This document shows, piece after piece, positions 1 through 11,100 of a DNA stretch of 64,000 nt (positions are counted from its first letter, which is position 1; each line of letters opens with the position of its first letter). The notes beneath the pieces were generated by a model. That model was not told where the DNA came from, searched no databases, and saw only the letters and a program-made list of their open reading frames with translations. The translations under genes were made by a program, and so were the position numbers. This DNA comes from a virus (lineage: Duplodnaviria; Caudoviricetes), in IMG/VR virus record IMGVR_UViG_3300033802_000250. One strand, 5' to 3'.

Positions 1-609
1 GCCGATTTCAGTTGCAACGTGGGAAGCATCCAAGTGCTGAAGCGCATCAGCGACCAGAACGGTATGGTAACGGCGCTGTATATCGCGCCGAAATCAACAA
101 AGCTCTCGAAGGCAACGATCAATATCAGCGTTATCTCCCGCGACGTTTCCAAGCAAATCTCAAAGACCGTGGAGGTTTTCTTCGTAGAACCATACTCGGT
201 CAACAAAATCGCCATTTTGCCGGAAAAGAATATGGTCGAGCTTGGAGATGTTGTACAATTGAAAGTAAAGGTGATGGGCGCAAACAACGAGCCGCTGGCG
301 GGCCGCAACGTGCAGATGTACACCGATCAAGGCGTTCTTGAACCGGAGATCGGAACGACGGATGAGCGCGGAGAATTGCAGGTTCAGTACACCTATCAGC
401 CGAGCGACCGGCGCAATATTGTCGTCTTGTCGCAGGATACGGTGGTCGAACCGGTAGCGGGCCTGAACTTCACAGCGGAGTTCGAGTTTGTGAACCGTCG
501 CCTTGAAACAGACTCCACAGACGGTTACGTCTTGATTGAGGCTGAAACGTATGACAACAATCTTCAGCCGATTCGGGAGCAAATCCTGTTGGGTGTAAGT
601 GGGGTGTAG
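1..609 (+). CDS. Virion structural protein with Ig-like (Big_1/invasin-type) domain, 5'-truncated
   Basis: Frame is open from base 1. Pattern VKVMGANNEPLAGRNV...GTTDERGELQVQY resembles Big_1. Co-linear with the structural operon. Confidence 0.6.
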   Translation, partial: ADFSCNVGSIQVLKRISDQNGMVTALYIAPKSTKLSKATINISVISRDVSKQISKTVEVFFVEPYSVNKIAILPEKNMVELGDVVQLKVKVMGANNEPLAGRNVQMYTDQGVLEPEIGTTDERGELQVQYTYQPSDRRNIVVLSQDTVVEPVAGLNFTAEFEFVNRRLETDSTDGYVLIEAETYDNNLQPIREQILLGVSGV

Positions 610-611
610 CC

Positions 612-3600
612 ATGTTTCTGCCAACAAAAGCCCACATCAAAGAAATTACGGAAGGCCAATACCGAATCCGGCTCGGAAACCGCGTCCCAAAGGACGCGGT
701 CAACCTGGCCTATGCACACATCCCGGCTGTCAACAGCCGGGAGAATGTGCTTATAACCGATCTTTCCAATACAATCATGGAAAATACGCGGAACGCCCAA
801 ATCGGCGACATCTTCATGCACCCGGACAATTCCCTCCTGCTGGCGACAGAGGATGGCCGCATGGAACTGCCGACGACGGATGTTCTGATCACGAACATTT
901 TTCAGGGTGAAACGCCGCTATATTATGCCCAAGTGCTGACGTATTGGCATTACGACAAGATGGGGCCGGACGAGTACGGGATGTATCAGGGCACCGGCAT
1001 TACGATTGTAGACCGGTTTGGCAAACCGATTGATCGCCCGTACCGGGTGCAATTGATTGAGGAGCCGAACCATAAGAACCTGTACAAAATCATCGTGTTC
1101 ACCTCGTTCAAAGACAGCGAGAGCGATACATACAGCGTCGTGTACAACGCCGTCAACGTTTTGCCTGACGGGCGCACAGAAACATTCGCCGGATACCGGG
1201 AATCGCTGAACCTGCACAGGGCGTTCACCCGGCTTGACGATATGGTGAAGATTCTCGATCAGGTGCGTCGCCGGGACAATTCGCCAACGTACTATCAGGC
1301 CAACGGCACGCATCCGGCTTACAGCAAATTCTACGTGCCGACGCCGCCGATTGACGACACCCGAAAACCGGAGTTCTTCCGGTATCAGGTTGGTCTTGAG
1401 ATCGAGATCAAAGGCGAAAAGCACATCTTCACGACGCCGTGGTATTCGGACAACGTCTTCAATATCAACTCGTTGACTGTCGAAGAACGCAACGAATACG
1501 TGAACGGCAACAAACTCCTCACGTCCACAACGGCAGAGGAGATCATGAAATACTTCGCGGACAAGGATTTCTTCTATGATGTCCGGGCCAAGAAGAAATA
1601 CTTTGTCATTTCTGACAACGATGTGGTGAAAGTCTTTACCCGACTGGACGGTTCATCGCCGGTGTACGCGACGACAAACGTCTCCGGTGTTCAGCGGATT
1701 CGGATCCCGATGAACGCCCGCAGGAGTCAATCCCCTATCGAGGAAACCGGAAAGCTGAAGTTTCGCATCCGGCCTCTCAAGGGCGTTCCGAACACGGTTG
1801 CGAACATCAGCTTCGTTATTGACGCCAGCAATTCGATTAAGCGATACGACTCCGACAAAAGCCAGCGGTCGATCATTATCCGGGATATCGTAAACTCGGC
1901 CCGCAACTTCCATCCCGAATTTGCCGTAAACGGATTTGCCTATAACTATACGGTGAATCCGTTCCAAGAAGAAATGATCGGAGATTCCGAAGCGTTAATT
2001 CAGAAGTTCTTGAAGGATGTGGAGGACTCCGACATCACATACCCGTTTCCGGCCATCGACGCGGCCATCGAGAAGCTGGATAAGATCCCGGAGAAATTCA
2101 ATCGAGTCTCCACCGAGATAACGAACTTGAAATTCTTGGTGCTGGTAACAGACGGGCGGTACGAATCGTTCGGGGCGCTTGAGGAGAAGATCATCGAGGC
2201 CAAAAACAAAAAGATCAGCCTGTGTGTTGTGACTTTCAGCAACTACGAGCAGATCCGGGAAGTTTGCGAGCGCAATCAGACGCTCGCCGTTGACGCGCTG
2301 TCGCCGCGCATCGGAACGTTCCTGCGTTACTTCTTCTTTGATCTCGCAGGGCTTCAGGAATCCTTCGACCTTGGCAACACGATCAACTTCACGATCAGCC
2401 CGGACGAAGGCGACAAGGAAGTAGCGGTGATGGAGTATGACACCTTCAGCATTCCGCAAAAATACCTGAACGACAAATACCGGTACGGAATCGAAGTGCA
2501 ACTGGAAGCGCACGCGGCGATCTCCATCTACATCAAGGACAAGCCTGTTGACCGGATTCTTGCCACCTACAACAGCGGCAACATCATTCCGATCAACTAC
2601 ATGGATGTGGAGAACGTCTACCATGTGATCGCGACTTCAAAGTATTACGCCTACAAGTTCAATCACACGTATGCGCTTCGATTGAACGACAACCAGCAAA
2701 TTCAGGTGTTGCCGCCGCGCGAAATAGAGTCCCGGTATAGTTGGTATCTCCGCATCAAAAACGGTCGGTTTGAACGGAATGTTGTTGAGGATGATAAGGT
2801 CGTTACCTACTGCTATTCCATCCCGGAATACTACCGCCAAGGGTTCATTCCTCAACTCGGTGTGCCGTATGTGCAGGTGCAAAAGGAAAAGCCGCGCATC
2901 CTGAATGACAGCCAAATCAAAGTGATGTACACACCGTTGTATATCGAGTTCGACGGCGAGAAAGTTCTGAATGCAACGGTGCGCGTTAACGGCAAACCCA
3001 TCAACATCAGGTCGTGGAGTACCTTCGACGGCGTGTTTGAGCTTGATGGCAAAATCACGCAGAACGACAATATCGAAGTGTACTATCAGTACGAGGAAGA
3101 AGCGTATGTGTACCGGGGGTATTATGACGAACAATCCGGTCGGTTCTGGAGCCTTGATCTGAATCCGACGGCGGGCCACTATGTTACCATCCGGGACAAA
3201 TACGACGGCACGGTCAAAGACTTGCCGAGCTTCTGGTTGATTAACGAAACCATCTACCTGTATCTGCGGCCAACGATGAAGATGGTGCCAACAGATAACG
3301 GATACGAGATTCAGGGTATCCAGAAAGCAACGCTGTTTCATGCCTTCGAGAAGGTCGATGAACCGAACGTATTGCTGATTGCCAAGATTCACGTCCGGCC
3401 AAACTCCAACCGAGAGAGCATTCGATTCCTCGATACCCGGATGCGCGGCGGCGGGCTGAAGCCGGAGATCAACGAAGCAATCATGCGTGAGTTCGAGAGC
3501 GAATCGTTCTTCTATTGGGATATCGGCAGTTGGGATGGAAAGCCGTATTCGGAAAACGCCGTGGCCGTATTCCGCATCACGCGGAAGGTACTGAAAGAGT

Positions 3601-3809
3601 ACGGCGGGCGGTTCACAAAATCCGAAGTCGAGGAAAAGCTGGCGAAGCATCTTGGTTACGGCATCCTGCCGATTATCGAGTTCATCGAAGACTCCGACGA
3701 GCTTCTGTCGATTCCCGAAGACCTTGTGGTCGAAGTGATCGACGTTGAAGATAACGTGGATGTCGCTGTGGAACGTCCGACGTTCAGTCTGTCAGTAGTG
3801 GAGGGGTAA
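612..3809 (+). CDS. Large virion structural protein (1065 aa) with an internal VWA domain
   Basis: MIDAS motif ISFVIDASNS and LVLVTDG. The rest is beta-rich. RBS-like GGGGTG upstream. Confidence 0.65.
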   Translation: MFLPTKAHIKEITEGQYRIRLGNRVPKDAVNLAYAHIPAVNSRENVLITDLSNTIMENTRNAQIGDIFMHPDNSLLLATEDGRMELPTTDVLITNIFQGETPLYYAQVLTYWHYDKMGPDEYGMYQGTGITIVDRFGKPIDRPYRVQLIEEPNHKNLYKIIVFTSFKDSESDTYSVVYNAVNVLPDGRTETFAGYRESLNLHRAFTRLDDMVKILDQVRRRDNSPTYYQANGTHPAYSKFYVPTPPIDDTRKPEFFRYQVGLEIEIKGEKHIFTTPWYSDNVFNINSLTVEERNEYVNGNKLLTSTTAEEIMKYFADKDFFYDVRAKKKYFVISDNDVVKVFTRLDGSSPVYATTNVSGVQRIRIPMNARRSQSPIEETGKLKFRIRPLKGVPNTVANISFVIDASNSIKRYDSDKSQRSIIIRDIVNSARNFHPEFAVNGFAYNYTVNPFQEEMIGDSEALIQKFLKDVEDSDITYPFPAIDAAIEKLDKIPEKFNRVSTEITNLKFLVLVTDGRYESFGALEEKIIEAKNKKISLCVVTFSNYEQIREVCERNQTLAVDALSPRIGTFLRYFFFDLAGLQESFDLGNTINFTISPDEGDKEVAVMEYDTFSIPQKYLNDKYRYGIEVQLEAHAAISIYIKDKPVDRILATYNSGNIIPINYMDVENVYHVIATSKYYAYKFNHTYALRLNDNQQIQVLPPREIESRYSWYLRIKNGRFERNVVEDDKVVTYCYSIPEYYRQGFIPQLGVPYVQVQKEKPRILNDSQIKVMYTPLYIEFDGEKVLNATVRVNGKPINIRSWSTFDGVFELDGKITQNDNIEVYYQYEEEAYVYRGYYDEQSGRFWSLDLNPTAGHYVTIRDKYDGTVKDLPSFWLINETIYLYLRPTMKMVPTDNGYEIQGIQKATLFHAFEKVDEPNVLLIAKIHVRPNSNRESIRFLDTRMRGGGLKPEINEAIMREFESESFFYWDIGSWDGKPYSENAVAVFRITRKVLKEYGGRFTKSEVEEKLAKHLGYGILPIIEFIEDSDELLSIPEDLVVEVIDVEDNVDVAVERPTFSLSVVEG

Positions 3810-3810
3810 T

Positions 3811-5085
3811 ATGGCACGCCGAGTTGTATTGCATATCGACAAACATGTCCATATCAATGACGTAACGTTCGAGATTTACCGCTCGACGGACGCGGACATT
3901 GCCAAAAACGGCAAGCTGATCGCCACGATCTTTGAGCCGTCCGCGTTCAAAACAACGCACCGGGCGGATGCCGAACAACTCGTCAGGGATACGGAAACGC
4001 CGTACGCCTTCCATGTTTCCCGTCACTTTGATGAGGATCCGTTCCCCGAAGTGTTCGTCGGCGACACAGCGGTATTGCCTCGCGATGTTTTGTTGTTCTC
4101 GAACGAGAAGATGATCGAAATCCACAATGGCGATCTTGGTCTTGCCGATGGCCGCAACGTCTACATGTCCTACAATTATCAGGCCATCGACTTCAAGGAT
4201 GATTACGGAGCCCAAAGCGGAGTCTCTTATGTCGGCCCTCCGGCCACCGGGCTCCGGCTTCCTATCCGGGTTCAGCTTTCGTACAACTATACGACTCGGC
4301 AGATCGAGATCCATTATCTGAACGATCCGCTTCCGATGCTTTATTTCTACCGGATTCGGGCCAAAGACTCCGACGGCAACTATTCGCCATACTCCGTAAC
4401 GAAAAGCATCGAGCTTATACAGGATCCTGCGGAGGTTTTCTTCCGCATCGAACGGTCGAAAGATCGCGTCACATGGGAGCCCGTTGCATTCAGTAACATG
4501 ATCGACTGGTATGACGATCCAATCCTCATTGACCCGCCGACCAACGTGCGAAATCTCTCGATCACGCCGCTGTCGTCCAAAGAGGCGCTGATTGAGTTCG
4601 ACAATCCGTGGTTCTATTGGCAGGAGTACGAGCGGTCGAGCTATTGGTATCGGATACGTACAGAAGACATCACCGGGGAAGCAACCGAATGGCTGGAGAT
4701 TGAGCCTTGCATCATCCGGGCCCGTCCGAAGGAGATTCTGATCCGGCGCAAAGAAGACAATGGTTCTCCGTCCAGCAAAAACGGCGCAGATGCAATTGAC
4801 GTATTCCGGCTGAATGAAGGCAATGTCGATGTGACAAGCCCTGTCATCAGCCTGATCGACGATCAGTTGTCGGACGCGCTCAAATACGGCTACACAATCT
4901 TCTATACCGACGAGTTCGATATGGAGGCCGAGCCGCTGTACGTCATCAGCGATCATACGCCGTGGAGAAATATCATCTTGTTTCCCGGACAGACGAAGGG
5001 GGATAATATACTCAACGAGAACTTCGAGACGTATTTTGAACTTGCCGACAGAATCATCGAGATCGGCACGGATGCAGGAGGCTGA
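3811..5085 (+). CDS. FN3-like domain virion protein
   Basis: FN3-type motifs YFYRIRAKDSDGNYS and PPTNVRNL. Paralogous to the next gene. Confidence 0.6.
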   Translation: MARRVVLHIDKHVHINDVTFEIYRSTDADIAKNGKLIATIFEPSAFKTTHRADAEQLVRDTETPYAFHVSRHFDEDPFPEVFVGDTAVLPRDVLLFSNEKMIEIHNGDLGLADGRNVYMSYNYQAIDFKDDYGAQSGVSYVGPPATGLRLPIRVQLSYNYTTRQIEIHYLNDPLPMLYFYRIRAKDSDGNYSPYSVTKSIELIQDPAEVFFRIERSKDRVTWEPVAFSNMIDWYDDPILIDPPTNVRNLSITPLSSKEALIEFDNPWFYWQEYERSSYWYRIRTEDITGEATEWLEIEPCIIRARPKEILIRRKEDNGSPSSKNGADAIDVFRLNEGNVDVTSPVISLIDDQLSDALKYGYTIFYTDEFDMEAEPLYVISDHTPWRNIILFPGQTKGDNILNENFETYFELADRIIEIGTDAGG

Positions 5086-5090
5086 TACCG

Positions 5091-6311
5091 TTGCCAAATC
5101 GAATCAGATTGACATGGAACCGGAATCAGGATTCGGAAACCCAATATTATCGGGTGTTTCGTGACGAGCAACCGGACATCAACCACAAGATGAGCTTGGA
5201 TCGCGTCGTGATGAAGGTCGAACACCCGAAGGGAATCAATCCAATCAAAGTCACGAATGAGAAGCTTGTGCGGGAAAGCGAGCGCACCTATGCCGTTGCT
5301 CACAACAATATCCTGCTGAAGCACAACGACCAGAACTTCCCGTTCAAGGTTATAGTGAACGGCGAGGAACGGTTTGATTTCGTGCTGGACACCGTAGAAG
5401 GCAAGGTTGTCTTCGACGAACCGATTCCCTTCAATGCGGATGTTCGGGTGCCGGAGTATCATTTTGATGGCGTCCAAGTATGGGATTATGAAATTGAGGA
5501 ACCCGGAAAGACGTACTATGGGCCGGAAGCCAAAGATACATCGGCACCCGCCGCGCCGACAAACGTAACGCTGGAGAAAGATCTGGAACGCAACCGGGTC
5601 ATCCTCCGGTGGGATGTCGCCGTGCCGGGCGGCAAAATGTACTATTATCGGATTGACGCGGCTATCGACGAGCAGAGATACTCCAAACTCAGCGAACTGC
5701 GCAACGCTTTTCTTCGGGAGCCGCTCGCCGACCGGCCATACATCATCGAGCGCTCCGACGACGGAAGACGATGGGTACAAATCGCCCGCGTGAAGACGAA
5801 CGTCTTCTACGAATACATGATCGACCGTCATGCGCCGGATGCGATCACCGGGCTCACAGCGGATGTGTTCCTGTACCGAAATCGCGGCGATGCACAAGTA
5901 ACGCTCAAGTGGGATCGTGTGCAGGATAGTACGGACAGCCGCACATCCATGTACCGAGTGCGCACGCAAAACCGTGTCGGTATGACAAGCGAGCCAAGCG
6001 CGGTCGTAGGCCCGATTGCATTCAAGGTAGACCTGTCGCATATCCTGATCCGGCGCAAAAGCTATGACGGCTCCCTGCCGAGCTACGACGGGAATGATGC
6101 TATTACGGTTGCCAAGATCACGAATTTGGATCAGGTGGAATACATCGAAGATGTGCCGGACAACAACTACTACGTTTATGGGTTGTGGGTTGTGGACAAG
6201 GGCGGCAACTACTCAGCCATCGCGTCGGTGTCTGTCGTCATCGGCGACGCAACGGCTCCGGGCTCGCCGGTAAATCTCTCAGCCCGAGAGTTCCACATGA
6301 CTGTGGGCTAA
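5091..6311 (+). CDS. FN3-like domain virion protein
   Basis: Motifs PAAPTNV...VILRW, YRVRTQNRVG.S and YGLWVVDKGGNYS. TTG start after GGAGG. Confidence 0.6.
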   Translation: MPNRIRLTWNRNQDSETQYYRVFRDEQPDINHKMSLDRVVMKVEHPKGINPIKVTNEKLVRESERTYAVAHNNILLKHNDQNFPFKVIVNGEERFDFVLDTVEGKVVFDEPIPFNADVRVPEYHFDGVQVWDYEIEEPGKTYYGPEAKDTSAPAAPTNVTLEKDLERNRVILRWDVAVPGGKMYYYRIDAAIDEQRYSKLSELRNAFLREPLADRPYIIERSDDGRRWVQIARVKTNVFYEYMIDRHAPDAITGLTADVFLYRNRGDAQVTLKWDRVQDSTDSRTSMYRVRTQNRVGMTSEPSAVVGPIAFKVDLSHILIRRKSYDGSLPSYDGNDAITVAKITNLDQVEYIEDVPDNNYYVYGLWVVDKGGNYSAIASVSVVIGDATAPGSPVNLSAREFHMTVG

Positions 6312-6319
6312 GATATAAT
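6291..6319 (+). promoter_or_regulatory. Possible SigA-type promoter
   Basis: TTCCAC-N17-TATAAT in the only sizeable gap of the structural operon. Confidence 0.35.
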
Positions 6320-6369
6320 AAGTTTAGAACTGCAACAGCGGTTGATTTTGCATGAGGGGTGACGCCCTG

Positions 6370-8142
6370 ATGAACGAACGCTATGTACGTTTTGATCGTC
6401 GGCAGGATAACGCGAACCAGATTATTTCTGCCGACGACGTAAACGCCCTTCAGCGAGTCTCGGAGGCATCCCAAAAGGAATTATTCAAGGGACAAGACCG
6501 AGACTTTCTTGACAGAGCGCTGTTTGTGCTAGAGCATCATCGCACCCTGAACGGTTTGTGGGTCGATTTGTTCGAGAATACAACCAAGATTGACTTGGCG
6601 AAAACGAGCGGCCTCGTCTTTTCCGAAGCAGAACAGGCAATTGTTTTCCCGGACGGAAGCACCGATGCGGATGGCTATCTCTATTCTGAGACGTATGTCA
6701 ATCCGAACTCCAGCCTGATGAAGAAGGTTATGGTGATCGCCGATTACGATGTGCCGGAAGGCACCGATATCATCATCTCCGTCAGCAACAACGGCGTGGA
6801 CTTCTTCGAGCCTCCGCTCGGCAACAGCGAGCCGTTCGAGATTCCGACGGACGGCCAAAAGCTGAAATTGAGAGCCCGATTTACACGAACGGTGTTTGAC
6901 AAAACACCCCGTCTCAACTCGTGGGCGGTGCTTTTTCGCGACCCGGAGCTTGAAGTAATCAAAATGCCGGACGGCACCCGAATCATCATCGGAGATCCGA
7001 ATAACCAAGATCCGAACGATCAGCCGCTCAGCATCAAGCACTCGCAGTTGCTCGAAATCGGCCCGGACGATCACCACCCGCAAGAACACAGCCACGATGG
7101 CACGGACGGTTCCGGGCTTGTCAGCCACAAACACCTCTTGGATATCGGCGAAGACGACCACCACCCGAAAGATCACCAACACGGTCAGGACGGCGTAAGT
7201 CCGGTCAACTTGGATACGGATGTTATCGGCACGCTGTCAGCCGAACACCTGTCGCATCAAGTTTGGCTCGGACGACCCGGCACCACCGGGTTGTACTTTG
7301 ATCCGAAGATTGGCGACCGGCTTGTGTATGTCAAGACGCCGGACGATGAGACATACCTGTTCTATGACTTTAGCAATGATGGTCGTCTGGATCACACCAT
7401 CACGATCATGCGCGGCGTCGCTTCATGGGAAACGCTCGTCTACGGGCCGTACACAAACGCGCAAGGCCAGACCGAGATCAAGTTCCTCGGCACCGAGAAG
7501 GAAATGTTCGACGCAACCGACCAGATGATTCTCGACGAGATCGCCAAAATCACGGCTCCTGCTCCGCCGGAAGGCGTCAACGTTTTGGATACCGGTGCAG
7601 GCGGTACATTGGTTGTGTCGTGGCTCAAGAACAAAGAGTTCGACGTGGTGGGTTACAACGTCTACATTTCTGTCAACGGCGGTATGACATGGACGCGGCA
7701 CAACAACACGGGATACATCAGCGACCTGACCTATACGGTGACGGGGCTGGTCGATGGCAATACATACTACTTCAAGGTAACGGCGGTGGACAATACCGGA
7801 TACGAGTCGCTGGATTCGGCGGTGGTATTCGGCGTGCCGACGTTAATCGACACCATTGCTCCCGATGCTCCGACGGGTCTGAATGCGGTTGGCGGCGGCG
7901 GATCCATCATGCTGTCGTGGGCGGCAAACACCGAGCCCGACTTGGCAAAGTACAATGTCTATCGTTCGCCGTCCGGCTTGACGGGGTCGTTCCTGAAGAT
8001 CGCCACGCTCGACGCATCGACAACCACCTATACGGACTCCGGCGGCATCGCAACGGGCTCCGTGTACTACTATTACGTAACGGCGGTAGACACCAACGGC
8101 AACGAAAGCGTGCCGTCCGGTGCGGTCAATGCGATAGCATAG
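6370..8142 (+). CDS. Virion protein with His-rich repeats and two C-terminal FN3 domains
   Basis: Two clear FN3 domains (GYNVY...YYFKVTAVD; YNVYRS...YYYYVTAVD) and a tandem HxxLLxIGxDDHH repeat. Start placed at the ATG after GAGGGGTG. Confidence 0.75.
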   Translation: MNERYVRFDRRQDNANQIISADDVNALQRVSEASQKELFKGQDRDFLDRALFVLEHHRTLNGLWVDLFENTTKIDLAKTSGLVFSEAEQAIVFPDGSTDADGYLYSETYVNPNSSLMKKVMVIADYDVPEGTDIIISVSNNGVDFFEPPLGNSEPFEIPTDGQKLKLRARFTRTVFDKTPRLNSWAVLFRDPELEVIKMPDGTRIIIGDPNNQDPNDQPLSIKHSQLLEIGPDDHHPQEHSHDGTDGSGLVSHKHLLDIGEDDHHPKDHQHGQDGVSPVNLDTDVIGTLSAEHLSHQVWLGRPGTTGLYFDPKIGDRLVYVKTPDDETYLFYDFSNDGRLDHTITIMRGVASWETLVYGPYTNAQGQTEIKFLGTEKEMFDATDQMILDEIAKITAPAPPEGVNVLDTGAGGTLVVSWLKNKEFDVVGYNVYISVNGGMTWTRHNNTGYISDLTYTVTGLVDGNTYYFKVTAVDNTGYESLDSAVVFGVPTLIDTIAPDAPTGLNAVGGGGSIMLSWAANTEPDLAKYNVYRSPSGLTGSFLKIATLDASTTTYTDSGGIATGSVYYYYVTAVDTNGNESVPSGAVNAIA

Positions 8143-8154
8143 GAGGTGTGAAGG

Positions 8155-11100
8155 ATGTCGCAAATTACGCAAAACGCAGACGGCACGTACACAAAGTCGT
8201 ACAGTGACGCCGAAATCGCGCTGATCAAGCAACTGCATACGGAAATGTTGAACCGCCAAGATGCGGACAATCAACTGTTCCTGAAGATCACCAGTTTGGA
8301 GAACCGGGTTGACGTACTGGAAGGTGAGCGGTTCAGTTTGTCTGATCTGCAAAACGCCATCAACGCCAACACGATGAAGATCGAGGCGAATGAGAGGCGG
8401 ATCAAACAGCTTGAGGACGCCGTCATCGTCGATGCGTACAGCAAGACGCAGATGGATGCCTACATGATTCCGTGGAAGGTCGAGGAGATCAATCGCGTAT
8501 TCGATACGCCGACAAACGAGATGTTCGATGAAGCCAATCTGACGGACATCAAGGTCGGCTACAAGCATTTCCTGAACGCTGACATCAATGAGCCCTACGG
8601 CTTCCATGTGTTGCCGAATACGATGCGCCGCTATACGATTATCGCCTACACGCCGACGCCGACCCGGGTGACGTTCGGTATCTTCTATGCCGACCGTTGC
8701 GTGGTGTACCTGAACGGCGTCGAAAAGGCGACGTATCAGGAAGATGGCGGCAACTTCGGCAAGACGCAGAAGGTTCTGCAACTGGACTTGCAGACCGGCT
8801 GGAATACAATCCAGTTCCTTCTGGCGAACCAAACGCAAGAGGGCGGCCTTGTTGTCAATTCTGACTTGGTCAGCAAAGTCTCCGTCCTGTCTTCCGTGGC
8901 ACCGATGGCTGGCCGATTTACGGGCGACCAGATTCAGGCGGGCACGCTGGATGAGCGTCATTTCAGCGAGAACATGGACATTACGTTGAAGAAGATCCAT
9001 GCGACCACGACCAGTGAACCTGCCGGTGTATTCGGCGACCCGGATCGCATGGGGGCTATTCAGATCGGCGACGGCGTGATTTCCAAGTCTAAAGACGAAC
9101 CGTTTGTCGTCGGTGGCGATCTGAAGGTTGACGGGTACATCCGGGATAAGGACGGCAACATTCTGGACGGCGGCGGAGGCCGGGGGCTCACCACCGCCGA
9201 CCGGGAGAAACTGGATTCCATCGAGTGGGGCGCAGAGGTCAACCAGAATGCATTCAGCTACGTGAAACTGGTCGATCTCCCGGCAACGGAAGAAAATCCG
9301 TTCCAGAACGTGATTAACGCCATCTTCAAGATGGATACGCTCCGTATTCGCGGCGATCTTGGCATCACCTTCGATATCGAGACTGTCATTGAAAACGGCG
9401 AGGAGCGCCAGCAGATGGTTATCAAGAACTCGCCGACCGAGTTCAAGGAGCATCTGTTCATCTCCGAAGCCGACCAAGACACGTTCTCTATTGATCCGTC
9501 CGAAGGCAAATTCCAGTTGGGCCGGGGCACCGTTCAAGTCTACATCGAAGGTATTCGCCAATCTTACGCGAACTTCTACGAAGTGGATGAATGGACGATT
9601 CGCTTGCGGGAGAAGGTGCCGGAAGGACTCAAGGTACTGGTCGTATGGCAAGAAGGAAGTCCACAGTTTGCCAAGGAAACCATCGTGTCGTTGGCGAATA
9701 TCCCGATTGCGTCCCGGACGCAGGACGGCCTGATGAGCCGATTCCATGTGGAAGACCTGTATGACCACAAACACAGCATCAGCGACCTGACCGACTTGAA
9801 GGTCTTTAAGGGGATCGAGATCGACGACGGTGAAACAAAGCACCGGATCGACGCGGACGGCCTGAACGATATCCGGCTTCGCGCCGGGGTTAATATCAAG
9901 CTGGAGCGGCTGAACGATGTCGTACGCATCTCCAGCCTCGGCCCGGAAATTACCGCCGGGCGCGGCATTCATGTCGGCGGCTCGCCGGAAACCGGATATC
10001 AAATCACCAACACGCAACGCCTCGAAGCAACCCGGGGGCTTGTGCTGGAGCATATCGAAGGCATCGACGTGCTGAAAGGCCCGGTCTTTGTCGAGGGTAA
10101 AGGCATCGACGTTCAGGTTATCGACGATGTTACTTATAAGATCCTGAACAATATGAGCCTGACCAGCCTCGGCGGCATTGAGGTGACGGGTAATGCCGAA
10201 GAAGGGTACATCATCAAGAACTCGATGCTCATCGAAGACGATCCCGAAGGCGGCATTGAAGTGTCCGGCGACCCGGTACGCGGCTACAGGATCACCAACC
10301 GGATGAACCTGACGGCTGATGGCATCATTGTCGAAGGCGATGCTCGTAAAGGATACCACCTGAAAAATGCGCTGGACATCCAAACCAACGGCGGTCTGCG
10401 TGTCATTGGCGATCCGGCATATGGTATCACCATCGAAAACATCATGAAGCTGATCGAGGCGGGTGGTATCGAGATCACCGGGAATCCGTCCGATGGATAC
10501 CGGATCAAAAACGCACTCAGCCTGCAAGCATCCGCCGATGGTTGCGTGGTTGTGACCGGATCTGCGGCGACCGGATATACGCTGACCGGGCGCTGGCCGT
10601 CGATTACGTCCGGCACCGGTATTGCGGTGGACAGCATGGGCGACGGTAAATACCTCGTCAAGAATACCGGGGTCACGTCGTACAACGGCCAGACTGGAGA
10701 GGTTACAGGCGTCGGCTCGCTAAACAAAGTCGCCGAAGGACGCGGCACCCGCGTCGTGCATCACGGTAACGGTGACTATGTCGTACACAACACCGGCGTC
10801 GTCGAACTGATTGACGATGGGATTGGCGGCGGCATTGATGTCCAAGACATGGGCAATCAGGTCTGGAAGATCAAAAACACCGGTATCATCAAGAACATCC
10901 AAGGCGAAGGAATTTCGGTCGTCACCAACAGCCAAGGTGAATCGACGATCTCGAACACCGGGGTTCGCAAAATCTTCTCCGGCCCGGGAATTTTCCTCAG
11001 CGGAAGCACCGGCGAAGTCACCATCACGAACACGGGCGTCCACCGGGTTATGCAAGGGCGCGGCATCATCGTTACGCAATCCGGCAATGATGTGACCATC

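Noticed and set aside
7843-10527. 894-aa minus-strand ORF, and other long antisense ORFs such as 3784-5097, 50041-51276 and 61660-63579
   Set aside because: They are shadows of well-supported genes on the other strand. They lack an RBS and motifs, and are expected from the codon bias.
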